DNA of 64,000 nucleotides from an uncultured Chloroflexia bacterium (GCA_963751345.1 CAVVUS010000023.1:96001-160000); one strand, 5' to 3'. Shown: positions 43,423 through 53,401, counted from the stretch's first letter. Translations and numbers: made by a program. Notes: generated from the sequence alone by a model not told the origin.

Positions 43423-44787
43423 CTAAAGACCCAAAATCCATCGGGCGACGCTGAGGTAGATGAAGAGGCCGGTCGCGTCGACCAACGTGCTCATCAACGG
43501 CCCTGAGATCAGTGCCGGGTCGACACCAATCAGCGTGGCAAAGATGGGCAGCAGCGAGCCAACGGAGCTGGACCACCAGACGATGATGCCGATCGCCGCG
43601 CCGATGGTGATACCCAACTGCAGGCTCTGGTTATAGGTATAGGCGCGGATGAAGCCCGCCACGCCGATCAGCAAGCCCAGGAGAATCCCGACCTGGACCT
43701 CGTGCCAGAGAACTTTGAGCGCGTCCCTCTTCTCGATCTCACCGACGCTGAGCGCCCGGACGATTGTCGTCGTGGTCTGCGACCCGGCATTGCCGCCGGT
43801 GCCGATCAGCAGGGGGATGAAGAAAGAGAGGGCCACTCGCGCCTGGAGCGTGGCTGAGAAGTACTGGAGCACGTTTGCGGTCAACATTCCGCTCACGAAG
43901 AGCAGCAGCAACCATCCAATTCGATGTCGCACGACTTGCCACGCCGAGGTCAGCAGATAAGGCCGCTCAAGGGGTGCCGAACCACCCAACCGCTGGATAT
44001 CCTCAGTCGCTTCATCCTCGATGACGTCGATGATGTCATCGATCGTGATAACACCGGCAAGCTTGCCATCTTCGTCGACAACGGGGAGAGCGGTCAGGTC
44101 ATAGCGGCTCATCAACTGCGCACAGGCTTCCTGATCTGCGCTCACCGGTGCCGTAATGATAGCCCGGTCCATTAGGGCCTCGAGCTTTGCCTTAGGCGGT
44201 GCACGCAGAATGCGAATCACGCTGACCTGGCCGACCAGTCTGCCTTCCCGGTCCACGACGAAGTAGTTGAGGTACTCGCGATCGGTCTCCCACTGGCGGA
44301 TCGCCTCCAGTGCCCTCTCGGCCCACATCTGGTCACCCAGCGCCAGATACTCCGAGGTCATCAGCCCACCGGCTGTCTCGTCGGGGTGGAGCAGCAGTGG
44401 ACTGATCTCCTCGAACGAGTCCATCAGTTGGAGAACGCTGACCGCCTCCTGGGCCTCCAAATCGCCAAGGAGATCGGCGGCCTCGTCTGGCTCCATCTCG
44501 TCGAGGATGTCGGCGAGCTGTTCCGGGGGCAACCACTTGGCTACCTCGGTGACTTCCTCGTCCTCGAGTTTTTCGAGGATGTCGGCGGCGTCCTCCAGCG
44601 CGAGCCCCTCGATCACCTGTCGCTGTTCGTCGGGCGTCAAGTCGCCGAAGATCTCGGCCTGATCTGCAGGCATCAAGGCCTGGAGGATAATCTGCGCCTT
44701 GCGGACCTCGTGGCGCTCCAGAAGGGCAGAGATCCGCTCGTAAAGCTCGTCGACCCAGGCCTCGCGGGTCACATCGTGTGGTTCCAT
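43423..44787 (-). CDS. mgtE: Magnesium transporter MgtE
   Basis: Acidic N-domain, TAGGLMT CBS pair, PLLIGTGGNAGSQ, DPALISGP..TLVDATG. Confidence 0.95.
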   Translation of the reverse strand: MEPHDVTREAWVDELYERISALLERHEVRKAQIILQALMPADQAEIFGDLTPDEQRQVIEGLALEDAADILEKLEDEEVTEVAKWLPPEQLADILDEMEPDEAADLLGDLEAQEAVSVLQLMDSFEEISPLLLHPDETAGGLMTSEYLALGDQMWAERALEAIRQWETDREYLNYFVVDREGRLVGQVSVIRILRAPPKAKLEALMDRAIITAPVSADQEACAQLMSRYDLTALPVVDEDGKLAGVITIDDIIDVIEDEATEDIQRLGGSAPLERPYLLTSAWQVVRHRIGWLLLLFVSGMLTANVLQYFSATLQARVALSFFIPLLIGTGGNAGSQTTTTIVRALSVGEIEKRDALKVLWHEVQVGILLGLLIGVAGFIRAYTYNQSLQLGITIGAAIGIIVWWSSSVGSLLPIFATLIGVDPALISGPLMSTLVDATGLFIYLSVARWILGL

Positions 44788-44865
44788 ACCATGCCTCCCT
44801 TCCTACACACACCGGTGCTACCGGCCTTCTTGTCCCGGCGCACCGGCGGGGGTGTGCACGACACG

Positions 44866-44897
44866 AAAACAGGGCCACAGCGACGGCTGCAGCCCTG
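44866..44897 (-). terminator. Intrinsic terminator within the mgtE leader
   Basis: Minus strand CAGGGCTGCAGC-cgtc-GCTGTGGCCCTG-TTTT, a 12-bp stem with two G-U pairs. Confidence 0.65.
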
Positions 44898-44923
44898 CCC
44901 TCTATGGCTGTAGAGGCGTGGCT

Positions 44924-45043
44924 TCAGTCTATGCTGCGAGTCCTGCCCAGGCGTCTGAGACGTCTACGGTCGCAACTGGGAGTGGTCGGGTGCTCTCCTG
45001 CGCAACCGCTTACTTGTTCGTTCATACTCAGTTGTTCGCTCAT
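44924..45043 (-). CDS. Putative 39-aa leader peptide upstream of mgtE
   Basis: MSEQLSMNEQVSGCAGEHPTTPSCDRRRLRRLGRTRSID*; the stop lies 26 nt before the leader terminator; no strong RBS. Confidence 0.35.
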   Translation of the reverse strand: MSEQLSMNEQVSGCAGEHPTTPSCDRRRLRRLGRTRSID

Positions 45044-45114
45044 CTCGTCACTGGGTTGGCGAATGTGTCGCCAACCCTAGTATGGTCCCTATGGTAATCC
45101 GGGTTTCGTGTGCG

Positions 45115-45723
45115 TCAACCGTGTGATCGGCACTCAGATGAACTGGGGTTGTAGATCCGGCCGCCAAGGTCTCGATACCGCTTGAGTACGTCGCGTGCAT
45201 TGGCCCGCAGGACATCCGTGATGACGGCGATCGGCTCCAGCGGCGGTCGATCCTCAAGCCGCAAACGCCAATCCTCAGGCAATGGCCCTTCCACGAATCC
45301 GGTGATCCGCTCAACATCATCCTTGTTGGCGCCGATTACGACGCGCTTGAGCCCACTCCACCAGAGAATACCATAGCACTGGATGCACGGCTGCGCGCTG
45401 GTTACCAGCTCCATAGGCGGGAGGGAGGAAAGGCCCAGATCGTGTGAGTGACAGACCTGCTGGGCCACCGCAATCGCCATAGCCTCAGCATGAGCCAACG
45501 AGCAGACCAGGGGCACCACCAGGTTCACACCCGGCGCAACCAACCTCCCGGTCTCGATCTCGAAGATGCCGGCACCGAAGGGGCCGCCGCCCTCCGTGAT
45601 GTTGCGCTCTGCAAGGCGAATGGCCAGTGCCATGCGCTCCTCAATCGTGGGGAAGCGCCGGTCGCCGTCACCCACCTCTTCTTCGATCCATTCAGGAAGC
45701 TGCAAGTTGACGCCTGGATACAA
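45115..45723 (-). CDS. Nucleoside/guanine deaminase (CDA superfamily)
   Basis: GGPFGA, AHAE, PCIQC zinc motifs. Confidence 0.9.
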   Translation of the reverse strand: MYPGVNLQLPEWIEEEVGDGDRRFPTIEERMALAIRLAERNITEGGGPFGAGIFEIETGRLVAPGVNLVVPLVCSLAHAEAMAIAVAQQVCHSHDLGLSSLPPMELVTSAQPCIQCYGILWWSGLKRVVIGANKDDVERITGFVEGPLPEDWRLRLEDRPPLEPIAVITDVLRANARDVLKRYRDLGGRIYNPSSSECRSHG

Positions 45724-45834
45724 TGGGTCCTCCGCCTGTGGGCCTGGTCTCCCCGGCCCTTAGGAATGCACTGCCGCACTGGGTCACGTCGCCGTGCGCC
45801 CATTATACCAAACCACCGCCGATGTCGTTCGCCC

Positions 45835-45863
45835 TTGACAAAACCTGGCCTGTCAAGTAGAAT
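45835..45863 (+). promoter_or_regulatory. sigma70-type promoter of tRNA-Leu
   Basis: TTGACA(45835)-17 nt-TAGAAT(45858). Confidence 0.75.
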
Positions 45864-45907
45864 CGAAAGCGTTCGGAGCTACGAGATTAGCCTCATCACA
45901 CGAACGG

Positions 45908-45995
45908 GCCGAAGTGGCGGAATAGGCAGACGCGCTGCGTTCAGGGCGCAGTGATCCTTGCGGTCATGTGGGTTCAAGTCCCACCTTCGGCACCA
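45908..45995 (+). tRNA. tRNA-Leu (anticodon CAG), CCA encoded
   Basis: GCCGAAG acceptor pairing with CTTCGGC-ACCA; anticodon arm CTGCG-TTCAGGG-CGCAG; long variable arm; GGTTCAAGTCC T-loop. Confidence 0.97.
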
Positions 45996-46000
45996 ACACG

Positions 46001-46027
46001 AAGCCCCCCATCACTGGGGGGCTTTCT
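46001..46027 (+). terminator. Intrinsic terminator after tRNA-Leu
   Basis: AAGCCCCCCA-tcac-TGGGGGGCTT-TCT. Confidence 0.8.
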
Positions 46028-46086
46028 GGTTTCCCACCTTGCGACCACGACGGTCTGTCAACGGGGGAGTCCCCGTCATGTCGATC

Positions 46087-47310
46087 TCAAGCTGAGGCCA
46101 TGTCCGCCGCGCGGTACATCGCAATGACCTTGTCGGGTTCGATCTCGGCCAGGATGTTATGGATGTTGCAGAAGACGAAGCCGCCGTCTTCGCGCATGTA
46201 GCTGACGACGTCGTGAACCTCAGCCTCGACATCGTCCACGGTGCCGAGAGGTAGCGTGGACTGCGCGTTGACGCCGCCGCCCCAGAGGGCGATACGGCCG
46301 CGTGACCTGTCCTTCCATTCACGATAGGAGTGCCCGCCGGCCGACCATTGCACGGGGTTCAGGACGTCGAAGCCACTATCGATAACAAGATCGATCAGAT
46401 TGTAGATCGCGCCGCACGAGTGGAGGAAGCGCTTCACGCTGGGCGCCTCCTCGTGGACGACAGCGTTGATGCGCTGGTGGTATGGGAGAAAGAGTTCGCG
46501 ATAGACCTTGGGTGACGCGATGAGGTTCGCCTGAGTGCCCCAGTCGTCGGCCGCCATCATAATGACGTCGACGTTGTCCCGGATCTCGGGCAGAAGGGCA
46601 CGAATGTTCCTGATCGCGAACTCGGTCGACATCTCGTGTAACTCGGCGACGAAGTCGGGCTCCAGAAGACAGAGCATAGGGAAGATGGCCAGCCCACCCC
46701 AATTGCCGATGCCGATGGGAGCGCCGAGATGGCCGTCATTCATAAAGACTGCGCGATCCGTGGACTCGCGAACGCGCCGGCAGAGCGCCGCCGTCGCCGC
46801 GATTTGCTCGTCGCGGAGCTCGTGAGCCGCCATATGGGCCTTCACCCGCTTGAGATCAGGCTTTGGCAGCTCCGCGGAGAGGTCCAGGGGTTGGCCGCCG
46901 TGAAGCTCATCGAAGACATAGGAGTCGGGCACCATCCGTCGAGTGTCCTGGACGATGGTCCCGTTGGGCTCGGCGCGGAACGCCTCAGGGTGTTTGACCC
47001 TGGCGTGGAGCCGACCGTTGAAATCGTAATCATGCCATACCTCGGGCTGGTCGAAGGCGTTGGTGACCCCATCGCGGATGGTGACGACGTCAATTCCCAA
47101 CGCGTCCAGCACGTCAAGATCGGGCAGGGCCAGCATCTGACCGGTGTCCTCCACCCGCGGGCGACGTGGTGGCAGCCCCAGCGCCTCGACCAACTTCGGA
47201 TAGGCGAAGGCACTGATACTGGTCGAACGCATGCCGCCCAAGTCCTTGGGCACGCGGTTCGTGGGTCGGAACTCCAATGCCTGCATGATGCGATCGCGCG
47301 GTGTTGTCAT
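46087..47310 (-). CDS. URO-D/MtaA-family (MT2-like) protein
   Basis: MTTPRDRI..RVPKDLGG, ADDWGTQ, FLHSCG, LNPVQ, WGGGVN, FCNIHNI. Confidence 0.9.
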   Translation of the reverse strand: MTTPRDRIMQALEFRPTNRVPKDLGGMRSTSISAFAYPKLVEALGLPPRRPRVEDTGQMLALPDLDVLDALGIDVVTIRDGVTNAFDQPEVWHDYDFNGRLHARVKHPEAFRAEPNGTIVQDTRRMVPDSYVFDELHGGQPLDLSAELPKPDLKRVKAHMAAHELRDEQIAATAALCRRVRESTDRAVFMNDGHLGAPIGIGNWGGLAIFPMLCLLEPDFVAELHEMSTEFAIRNIRALLPEIRDNVDVIMMAADDWGTQANLIASPKVYRELFLPYHQRINAVVHEEAPSVKRFLHSCGAIYNLIDLVIDSGFDVLNPVQWSAGGHSYREWKDRSRGRIALWGGGVNAQSTLPLGTVDDVEAEVHDVVSYMREDGGFVFCNIHNILAEIEPDKVIAMYRAADMASA

Positions 47311-47465
47311 CTATCGGAAACCCTCCGGGTTGATCTTTGCTCGTCTATCACGGGGAAGTGTAGGCCTCGCCTCCCTCCAGTCAAGGGGATGTCTCGTGGG
47401 GAAGCAGCGCGTCAACGGACTGCGGCGGGAGGGCCCGTTGTGCACAGGGCGTCACAACCACAGCG

Positions 47466-47930
47466 CTATGCCGGCTTGTTGGCGATCAGCATCACCCAAT
47501 TGCCGCGCTGAGTGACTTCGTCGGCCTGGTTGAGGATCCTCACGTCCAGTGTCACGGTGCCGCCGCCGAGTCGGTGCATCGCCTTGACCGCGATGACTGT
47601 GGCTTCGGCCCGGATGGTATCGCCGATCCCGATGGGCTTGCGGAACTTCCATGTCATCTCCCGAAAGGCCAGGACCGTGCCCTCAACAAAGCCCAATTGG
47701 GCAAGCAAGCCGCTGGCTATCGTCAGGCCGAGCAGGCCGTGCGCGACTCGTTGGCCGAATATGTCCTGACGGGCGAATTCGACGTTGGTATGGAGCTGGG
47801 TGTAGTCGCCTGAGACTCCGGCGAAGGCGACAATGTCGGCTTCGGTGAGGGTACGTCCGGCGCTGATGAAGGCGTCGCCCACTTCAAACTCCTCGAAGTA
47901 GCGACCCTGGCGTGAGAAGGTCTTGGGCAT
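47466..47930 (-). CDS. MaoC-family (R)-enoyl-CoA dehydratase
   Basis: YFEEFEVG, RTLTEADI..FAGVSGD..LH, AHG hot-dog motif. Confidence 0.92.
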   Translation of the reverse strand: MPKTFSRQGRYFEEFEVGDAFISAGRTLTEADIVAFAGVSGDYTQLHTNVEFARQDIFGQRVAHGLLGLTIASGLLAQLGFVEGTVLAFREMTWKFRKPIGIGDTIRAEATVIAVKAMHRLGGGTVTLDVRILNQADEVTQRGNWVMLIANKPA

Positions 47931-48146
47931 CGAATGGGTTCTCCTGCTGGAAATGGCATCCGATGATTGTAGGTTGGGCGCGGAAAAGGTGCAAGCAGCG
48001 GCCTGCCGCTGCTCGCGCCGACAGCGCCGTTTGTTGCCGGTGACCCCAGGTAGGACTACAATGGGTCTCGTGAGGGAGGTAAGGGCTTGCCGGACCTCTC
48101 TCCGCGGTGGCAGTTCGATGTGTGATGCGAAAGTGAGGAGGGTCCT

Positions 48147-49242
48147 ATGGTCACGAAGATAGTTGGGTTGCTAACCTCTGGCGGCGATTGTCCGGGCCTG
48201 AATGCAGCCATCCGTGGCGTGGGGAAGGCCGCTAATTCGCTGGACATCCAGGTGATCGGCTATCTCGATGGTTTCCGCGGTCTGGTGGAGAACCGTTTCA
48301 TCCGTCTGGATTCGTCCCGCCTCTCGGGCATTCTGACGTTGGGTGGCACGATCCTCGGTACGAGCCGCGACAAGCCTCACAAGATGCCGGCGGGGGAGCT
48401 GGGCACGGTGGACATGCGGCCCTTCGCTGTGGCAAACTATGAGAAGCAGCACCTGGACTGTCTGGTCTGTCTCGGGGGTGGGGGCACCCAGAAGAATGCC
48501 TATCGACTGCTCAAGGAAGGTTTGAACATCATCACGCTTGCCGAAGACCATCGACAATGATGTCTGGGGTACCGACGTCACCTTTGGTTTCGATACAGCG
48601 ATGGCAATCGCCACGGAGGCAATCGACCGGCTTCACAGTACGGCGGAGAGCCATCATCGCGTGATCATCGTCGAGATCATGGGACACAACGCAGGATGGC
48701 TCGCCCTGGGGGCCGGGGTCGCCGGGGGAGCCGATGTCATCCTGCTACCCGAGATTCCCTACCGCATTGAAAAGGTGGCGGATGCTGTGCTACACCGCAG
48801 CTATGCTGGCAAGCGATTCAGCATCGTGGCGATGTCGGAGGGGGCTGTGTCGGTCGACGAGGTTGAGTCGACCAGCAAGCATGGGGATGACGACGATGAT
48901 GATAGCGATGACGGATGCCCTCCCGTTGCTGCCGAATCCGTCAGTATGCGCCTGGCCCGACGCCTGGAGGAGCTGACACGCTTGGAGTCGCGCGTGACCT
49001 CGCTGGGGCATCTGCAGCGAGGAGGCGGTCCTTCACCGACAGATCGTCTCCTGGCGACGCGTCTCGGCACGGCCTGCGCGAAACTGATTGAAAGGGGCGA
49101 GTATGGCGTGATGGTCGCGGCGCGTGGCGAGGAGTGCGTGCCCGTGCCATTGGCGGAGGTGGCGGGCAAGAAGAAGGTCGTGCCGCCGGATCATCCCTGG
49201 ATCGAGGCCGCGCGTCTGGTGGGCACCAGCTTCGGCGATTAG
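48147..49242 (+). CDS. pfkA: 6-phosphofructokinase; frameshift near 48540
   Basis: [45 protein letters not shown]. Confidence 0.93.
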
Positions 49243-49243
49243 C

Positions 49244-50245
49244 GTGAGCAGATTCCTTGCGTTGGACGGCGGCGGTTCGAAGACGCTGTGTGTCGTCGCC
49301 GATGGAACAGGCCATATGCTCGGACTCGGTCAGGGCGGCGGAACCAATCCCAACCTGGTGCCTCACGAGGAGGCGCTTCAGTCCGTCCGCGACGCTGTCA
49401 TGGGCGCGTGGGCGGTACCGGCTGCGGGCGGCGAGGCCCCGAAGATTGTAGCGATCAGTGGGCCGACGGTTGCCGGGGCAGAGCAGATCGTTGCAGACGT
49501 GACGGGTGGTCGGGACGCCGTACGTGTCTCCGAGTCCGCCTCGGCCTGGGCAGCGGTTCGTCCGTGGCTGGACCGCGACTTCGGCCTCCCCCTCGACCTT
49601 GCCGTCACCGTGGATGCAGGCACAGGATCCACGGCGTGCGGATGGAACCGAGAGGGCGAGCGGATCACGGTCGGGGGGTGGGGGTGGCTGCTCGGCGATG
49701 AAGGCAGCGGCTTCTGGATCGGTCTGCGGGCACTGCAGGCCGCGATTCACGGCGTTGATGGGCGGGGTCCGGCGACGTGTCTGCCGGTGGCCATCTGCGA
49801 CGCGCTCGGCCTGCGGTCGCTGCACGGGGCTGTCCCTCTGGTCTACCAGACGGCGTATGGTCGAAGCCGTGTCGCCCATCTGGCCCCGGTCGTAGCGCGC
49901 GCTGCGCAGGATGGGGACCGCGTTGCGGCGGCGATACTGGCTGAGGCGGGCCGCGGGTTGGCCGCTATGGTGACCACGATCATCCGGCGGCTGGACATCG
50001 CGGATGAGACGTTTGCCGTGGTCCCCTTTGGATCTGTATTCAAGGCGGGAGACGTGATCCTGTCTCCTTTTTTGGCCGACATCGCAGCGGTTGCGCCGCG
50101 AGCCCGGGCAGTCTTCCCGCGCTACGAATCCGTCATTGGGACGCTGATCTCGGCTATGGCCCAAGGCGGGCAGGACACCGCAGCAATCTGGCCGCGGATC
50201 GAGGCGGAGGCGTCTGGGCTGCCTCGGGTCCTGGTCAAGGCATAG
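49244..50245 (+). CDS. BadF/BadG-family ATPase (N-acetylglucosamine kinase-like)
   Basis: LDGGGSKT, AGTGS, GGWGWLLGDEGSGFWIG. Confidence 0.88.
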   Translation: MSRFLALDGGGSKTLCVVADGTGHMLGLGQGGGTNPNLVPHEEALQSVRDAVMGAWAVPAAGGEAPKIVAISGPTVAGAEQIVADVTGGRDAVRVSESASAWAAVRPWLDRDFGLPLDLAVTVDAGTGSTACGWNREGERITVGGWGWLLGDEGSGFWIGLRALQAAIHGVDGRGPATCLPVAICDALGLRSLHGAVPLVYQTAYGRSRVAHLAPVVARAAQDGDRVAAAILAEAGRGLAAMVTTIIRRLDIADETFAVVPFGSVFKAGDVILSPFLADIAAVAPRARAVFPRYESVIGTLISAMAQGGQDTAAIWPRIEAEASGLPRVLVKA

Positions 50246-50258
50246 GGGAGTCCGCGGC

Positions 50259-50348
50259 GAATCGTGGAATCAGCGAAACAGGGAATCAGGGAGTGGAAGA
50301 CCGCGGTCTGGTACTGACCGTCGCCGATTCTCTGATCCTACTCTTCTC
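50259..50348. repeat. Degenerate octamer-arm palindrome
   Basis: GAATCGTG GAATCAGC GAAACAGG GAATCAGG ... CGATTCTC TGATCCTA CTCTTCTC. Confidence 0.45.
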
Positions 50349-50364
50349 ACCATAGGGAGGTTGT

Positions 50365-51099
50365 ATGTCAGCAGAGCAGTTTATGGACCGCGCTGAGGCG
50401 CTGTTGGGCGAGATTCGCGCAACCCAGCTTGGGTCGATCAAGGCAGCGGCGGATGTTGTCGCGGACTCATTGGCTAGCGGTGGCGTGTTCCACTACCACG
50501 ACCGCGGCCACGCCACGGGCGAGATCCTGCATCGTGCGGGTGGGCTCTTCGCCATTCACCCGCTCCAGCCCACTATCCAGGTGGGCGGGGAGGGGGTGCC
50601 CGGCCGCAGCGCCGGCGACGTGGTCAGTTGGGCAGAGGACGAGGCAACTGCAGACTATGTCCTGGATCTGGGACTCGTTCGTGAAGGCGATGTGGTCTTG
50701 GTCTCCTCCGTCTCAGGTGCCAGCCCCTCCGCGGTCGGCCTGGTGCTGGCAGCGCAACGGCGGGGCGCAAAGGTGGTCGCCATCACCTCGCCCACTTACA
50801 GCAAGGCCATCACCCCGCAACACAGTTCGGGCAAGTTCCTCTACGAGGTCGCCGACGTCGTTATTGACAACTGCGGCGTCGTGGGCGACGCTATGCTGGA
50901 GATTCCCGGCCTAGCCGCTCCCGCGGTGCCCGGGTCGGGCCTGGCCTGGGTCTTCATCGTATGGTCGCTACTGGCGCAGGTGATGCGGAATCTCACCGAT
51001 CGAGGGATCACGCCCCAGGTCTACAAGAGCGTGGGGCTGCCCGATGGCCGGGAGTTCAACGCGGCTGCGCGCAAGCTCTATGAAGAGCGGGGGCTCTGA
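50365..51099 (+). CDS. SIS-domain sugar isomerase-like protein (UPF0309 type)
   Basis: RAGGL, SSVSG, HSSGKFLYEVADVVIDN...GDA. Confidence 0.85.
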   Translation: MSAEQFMDRAEALLGEIRATQLGSIKAAADVVADSLASGGVFHYHDRGHATGEILHRAGGLFAIHPLQPTIQVGGEGVPGRSAGDVVSWAEDEATADYVLDLGLVREGDVVLVSSVSGASPSAVGLVLAAQRRGAKVVAITSPTYSKAITPQHSSGKFLYEVADVVIDNCGVVGDAMLEIPGLAAPAVPGSGLAWVFIVWSLLAQVMRNLTDRGITPQVYKSVGLPDGREFNAAARKLYEERGL

Positions 51100-51103
51100 C
51101 GTG

Positions 51104-51860
51104 ATGTCGACCCCGTCAAGTGGCCTGGCCGGAACCTACCTGGATCTCTGTCTTGGCGTGCTGGCGCGTGTCAAGGCTGAACAGATGGAGAAGATCGCGG
51201 AGGCTGCCGAGATCATTGCCGACGCGATTGCGGGCGGGCATACGTTCTTTGCCTTTGGCTGCACGCACTCGAATCTCCCCGTGCAGGATGTCTTCTACCG
51301 TGCGGGTGGGCTGATGTTGGTGAACCCAATCTTCCCGCCCGGCCTGGCCCTCGACGTTCGGCCACCGACGATGACATCGGAGATGGAACGCCTCGAAGGA
51401 TACGGCAAGGTCTTCTTCCAGCACGTGCCTGCGAAGGCGGACGACGTGCTGCTCCTGATTTCTACGTCCGGACGCAACGCTGTGCCGGTCGACATCGCCC
51501 TGGAGGCCAAGCAGCGAGGGATGAAGTTAATTGTTATCACGTCGTTGGCGTATAGCCAGGCCGTCAGCTCTCGCCATCCCAGTGGCAAGAAAGTCTACGA
51601 GTTGGGCGACGTTGTACTCGATAACTACAGTCCGAAGGGCGATGCGGTGCTGTCCGTTGAAGGACTGCCCCAGAAAGACCGGATCTACATCGGGCGTCGT
51701 CGGATCGGTCCTGATGCACGCCATCATCTCGCAGGTCGTCCAGAACCTGGTCGACGCCGGCCTGACGCCCCCGATCTACCTTTCGGGAAATCTGGATGGC
51801 GGCGCCGAGCATAATGCGCAGATGCTGGAGGCATATCGCGACCGCATTTTCTATCTGTGA
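51104..51860 (+). CDS. SIS-domain sugar isomerase-like protein (UPF0309 type); frameshift near 51675
   Basis: FGCTHS, FYRAGGL, STSGRN, SRHPSGKK..DVVLDN..GDA, PPIYLSGNLDGG. Confidence 0.88.
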
Positions 51861-51949
51861 GACGTCTTCTGCCGCCAGCGAGTGAGAGGACCGCGGATAG
51901 TGGTAAATGAACCCGGAATCGAAGAATGGTAGGCATCGGAGAATGACAA

Positions 51950-53000
51950 ATGGACTGGATCGATCTACGGAGTGACACGGTAACCAAACCGACCCCTGAG
52001 ATGCGCGAGGCGATGGCCCACGCAGATGTCGGGGACGATGTCTATGGCGAAGACCCGACGGTGAACCGGCTCCAGGTGCTCGCCGCGGAGAAGATGGGCA
52101 AGGATGCCGCTATCTTTGTCCCCAGCGGCACGATGGGCAACCTGGCGTCGCTGCTGGCCCACTGTGGGCGTGGAGACGAGGCCATCGTCGGCGATAAGAG
52201 CCATACGTTTCTCTACGAGCAGGGCGGTATGGCGGCCCTGGGTGGGATCGTTCCTCACACGGTGCCCAACCAGCCCGATGGCACGCTGTTGCTGGACGAC
52301 ATCGAAGCAGCCATTCGCGGCGACGACGCACACTTCCCACGCACTCGCCTGGTCTGTCTCGAGAACACCCACAACGCCTGCAACGGCGCGCCGCTCTCGG
52401 CCGACTACGTGAGCAGCGTCGCCGATCTTGGCCCACGACCACGGCCTGAAGCTCCACGTCGATGGCGCCCGAATCTTCAACGCAGCCGCCGCACTGGGCG
52501 TCGACGTGAAGGAGCTCGTCAAGGATGCCGACTCGGTGACGTTCTGCCTGTCGAAGGGGCTCTCGGCGCCGGTCGGTTCCGTGATCTGCGGCGGCGAGGC
52601 ATTCATCGCCGAGGTGCACCGAACGCGCAAGGTCCTGGGCGGCGGGATGCGGCAGGCGGGAATCATCGCGGCAGCCGGCGTCGTTGCGCTGGAGACGATG
52701 ACCGACCGGCTGGCCGAGGATCACGCCCGGGCGCGACGCCTGGCCGAGGGCATCGCCGCTCTTCCCGGCACGGTCGTCGGGCCGGTCTACACGAATATCT
52801 TCTACTTTTCGCTGGATTCGACGTGTCCACTCGATGGGGCAGCACTGGCAATGGCGCTCAAAGAGCGCGGCATCCTGCTACCCAACCGGGGGCCGCGGTC
52901 TTTCAGGGTTGTCACTCACTATTGGGTGGGCGACGGGGACGTCGAGCGGACGTTGGTGGCGATGCGCGACACCCTGGGGGCTGTGCAGCGCCAGAAGTAG
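51950..53000 (+). CDS. ltaE: Low-specificity L-threonine aldolase; frameshift near 52430
   Basis: IDLRSDTVTKP, VGDDVYGEDP, PSGTMGN, LENTHN, HVDGARIFNA, CLSKGL, GGGMRQAG. Confidence 0.94.
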
Positions 53001-53173
53001 ACGGTCCCTCCAAGGCTCTCGGCGGCTCTATGCCTGAGCCCGGTAGGAGACCTGGCATTCCACATCCTAGGCTGGAGCTCCAGGAGACGGTGAACGGGGT
53101 TGCCCGACCACCAGCATTCGGGCTATAATGGCGTCGTACTATGAAGATTCCTACCTCGAAAGGAGGCGGCAGG

Positions 53174-53401
53174 ATGGACGAGTTGGTGAAACTGGTACAA
53201 GAGAAGACAGGACTTGGGGAGGCCCAGGCGAAGCAGGCAGTCGAGACCGTGGTGCGCTTTCTCAAGGAGAAGCTGCCCGCGCCTATAGCCGGTCAGGTCG
53301 ATGCGGTGTTGGCGAACGATGCAATGATGGGAGAGGCGAGCGACGCGCTGAATAAGGGCGTCGCAGGGCTCGGCGGACTGCTGTCGAAGCCCGGGAAGTA
53401 G
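53174..53401 (+). CDS. Small helical hypothetical protein
   Basis: MDELVKLVQEKTGLGEAQAKQAVETVVRFLKEKLPAPIAGQVD; strong RBS AGGAGG and an upstream TATAAT. Confidence 0.8.
   Translation: MDELVKLVQEKTGLGEAQAKQAVETVVRFLKEKLPAPIAGQVDAVLANDAMMGEASDALNKGVAGLGGLLSKPGK

Noticed and set aside
44790-45110. Canonical M-box (ykoK) riboswitch upstream of mgtE
   Set aside because: I could not recognise its conserved sequence blocks; the region is reported as a possible uORF attenuator instead.
45908-46090. tRNA-Leu as the integration site of a genomic island
   Set aside because: No integrase, no duplicated tRNA 3' end that I could find, and ordinary metabolic genes on both sides.
48885-48915. Poly-Asp stretch ([11 protein letters not shown]) in PfkA
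   Set aside because: It is a low-complexity insertion in a variable loop, with no evidence for a function.
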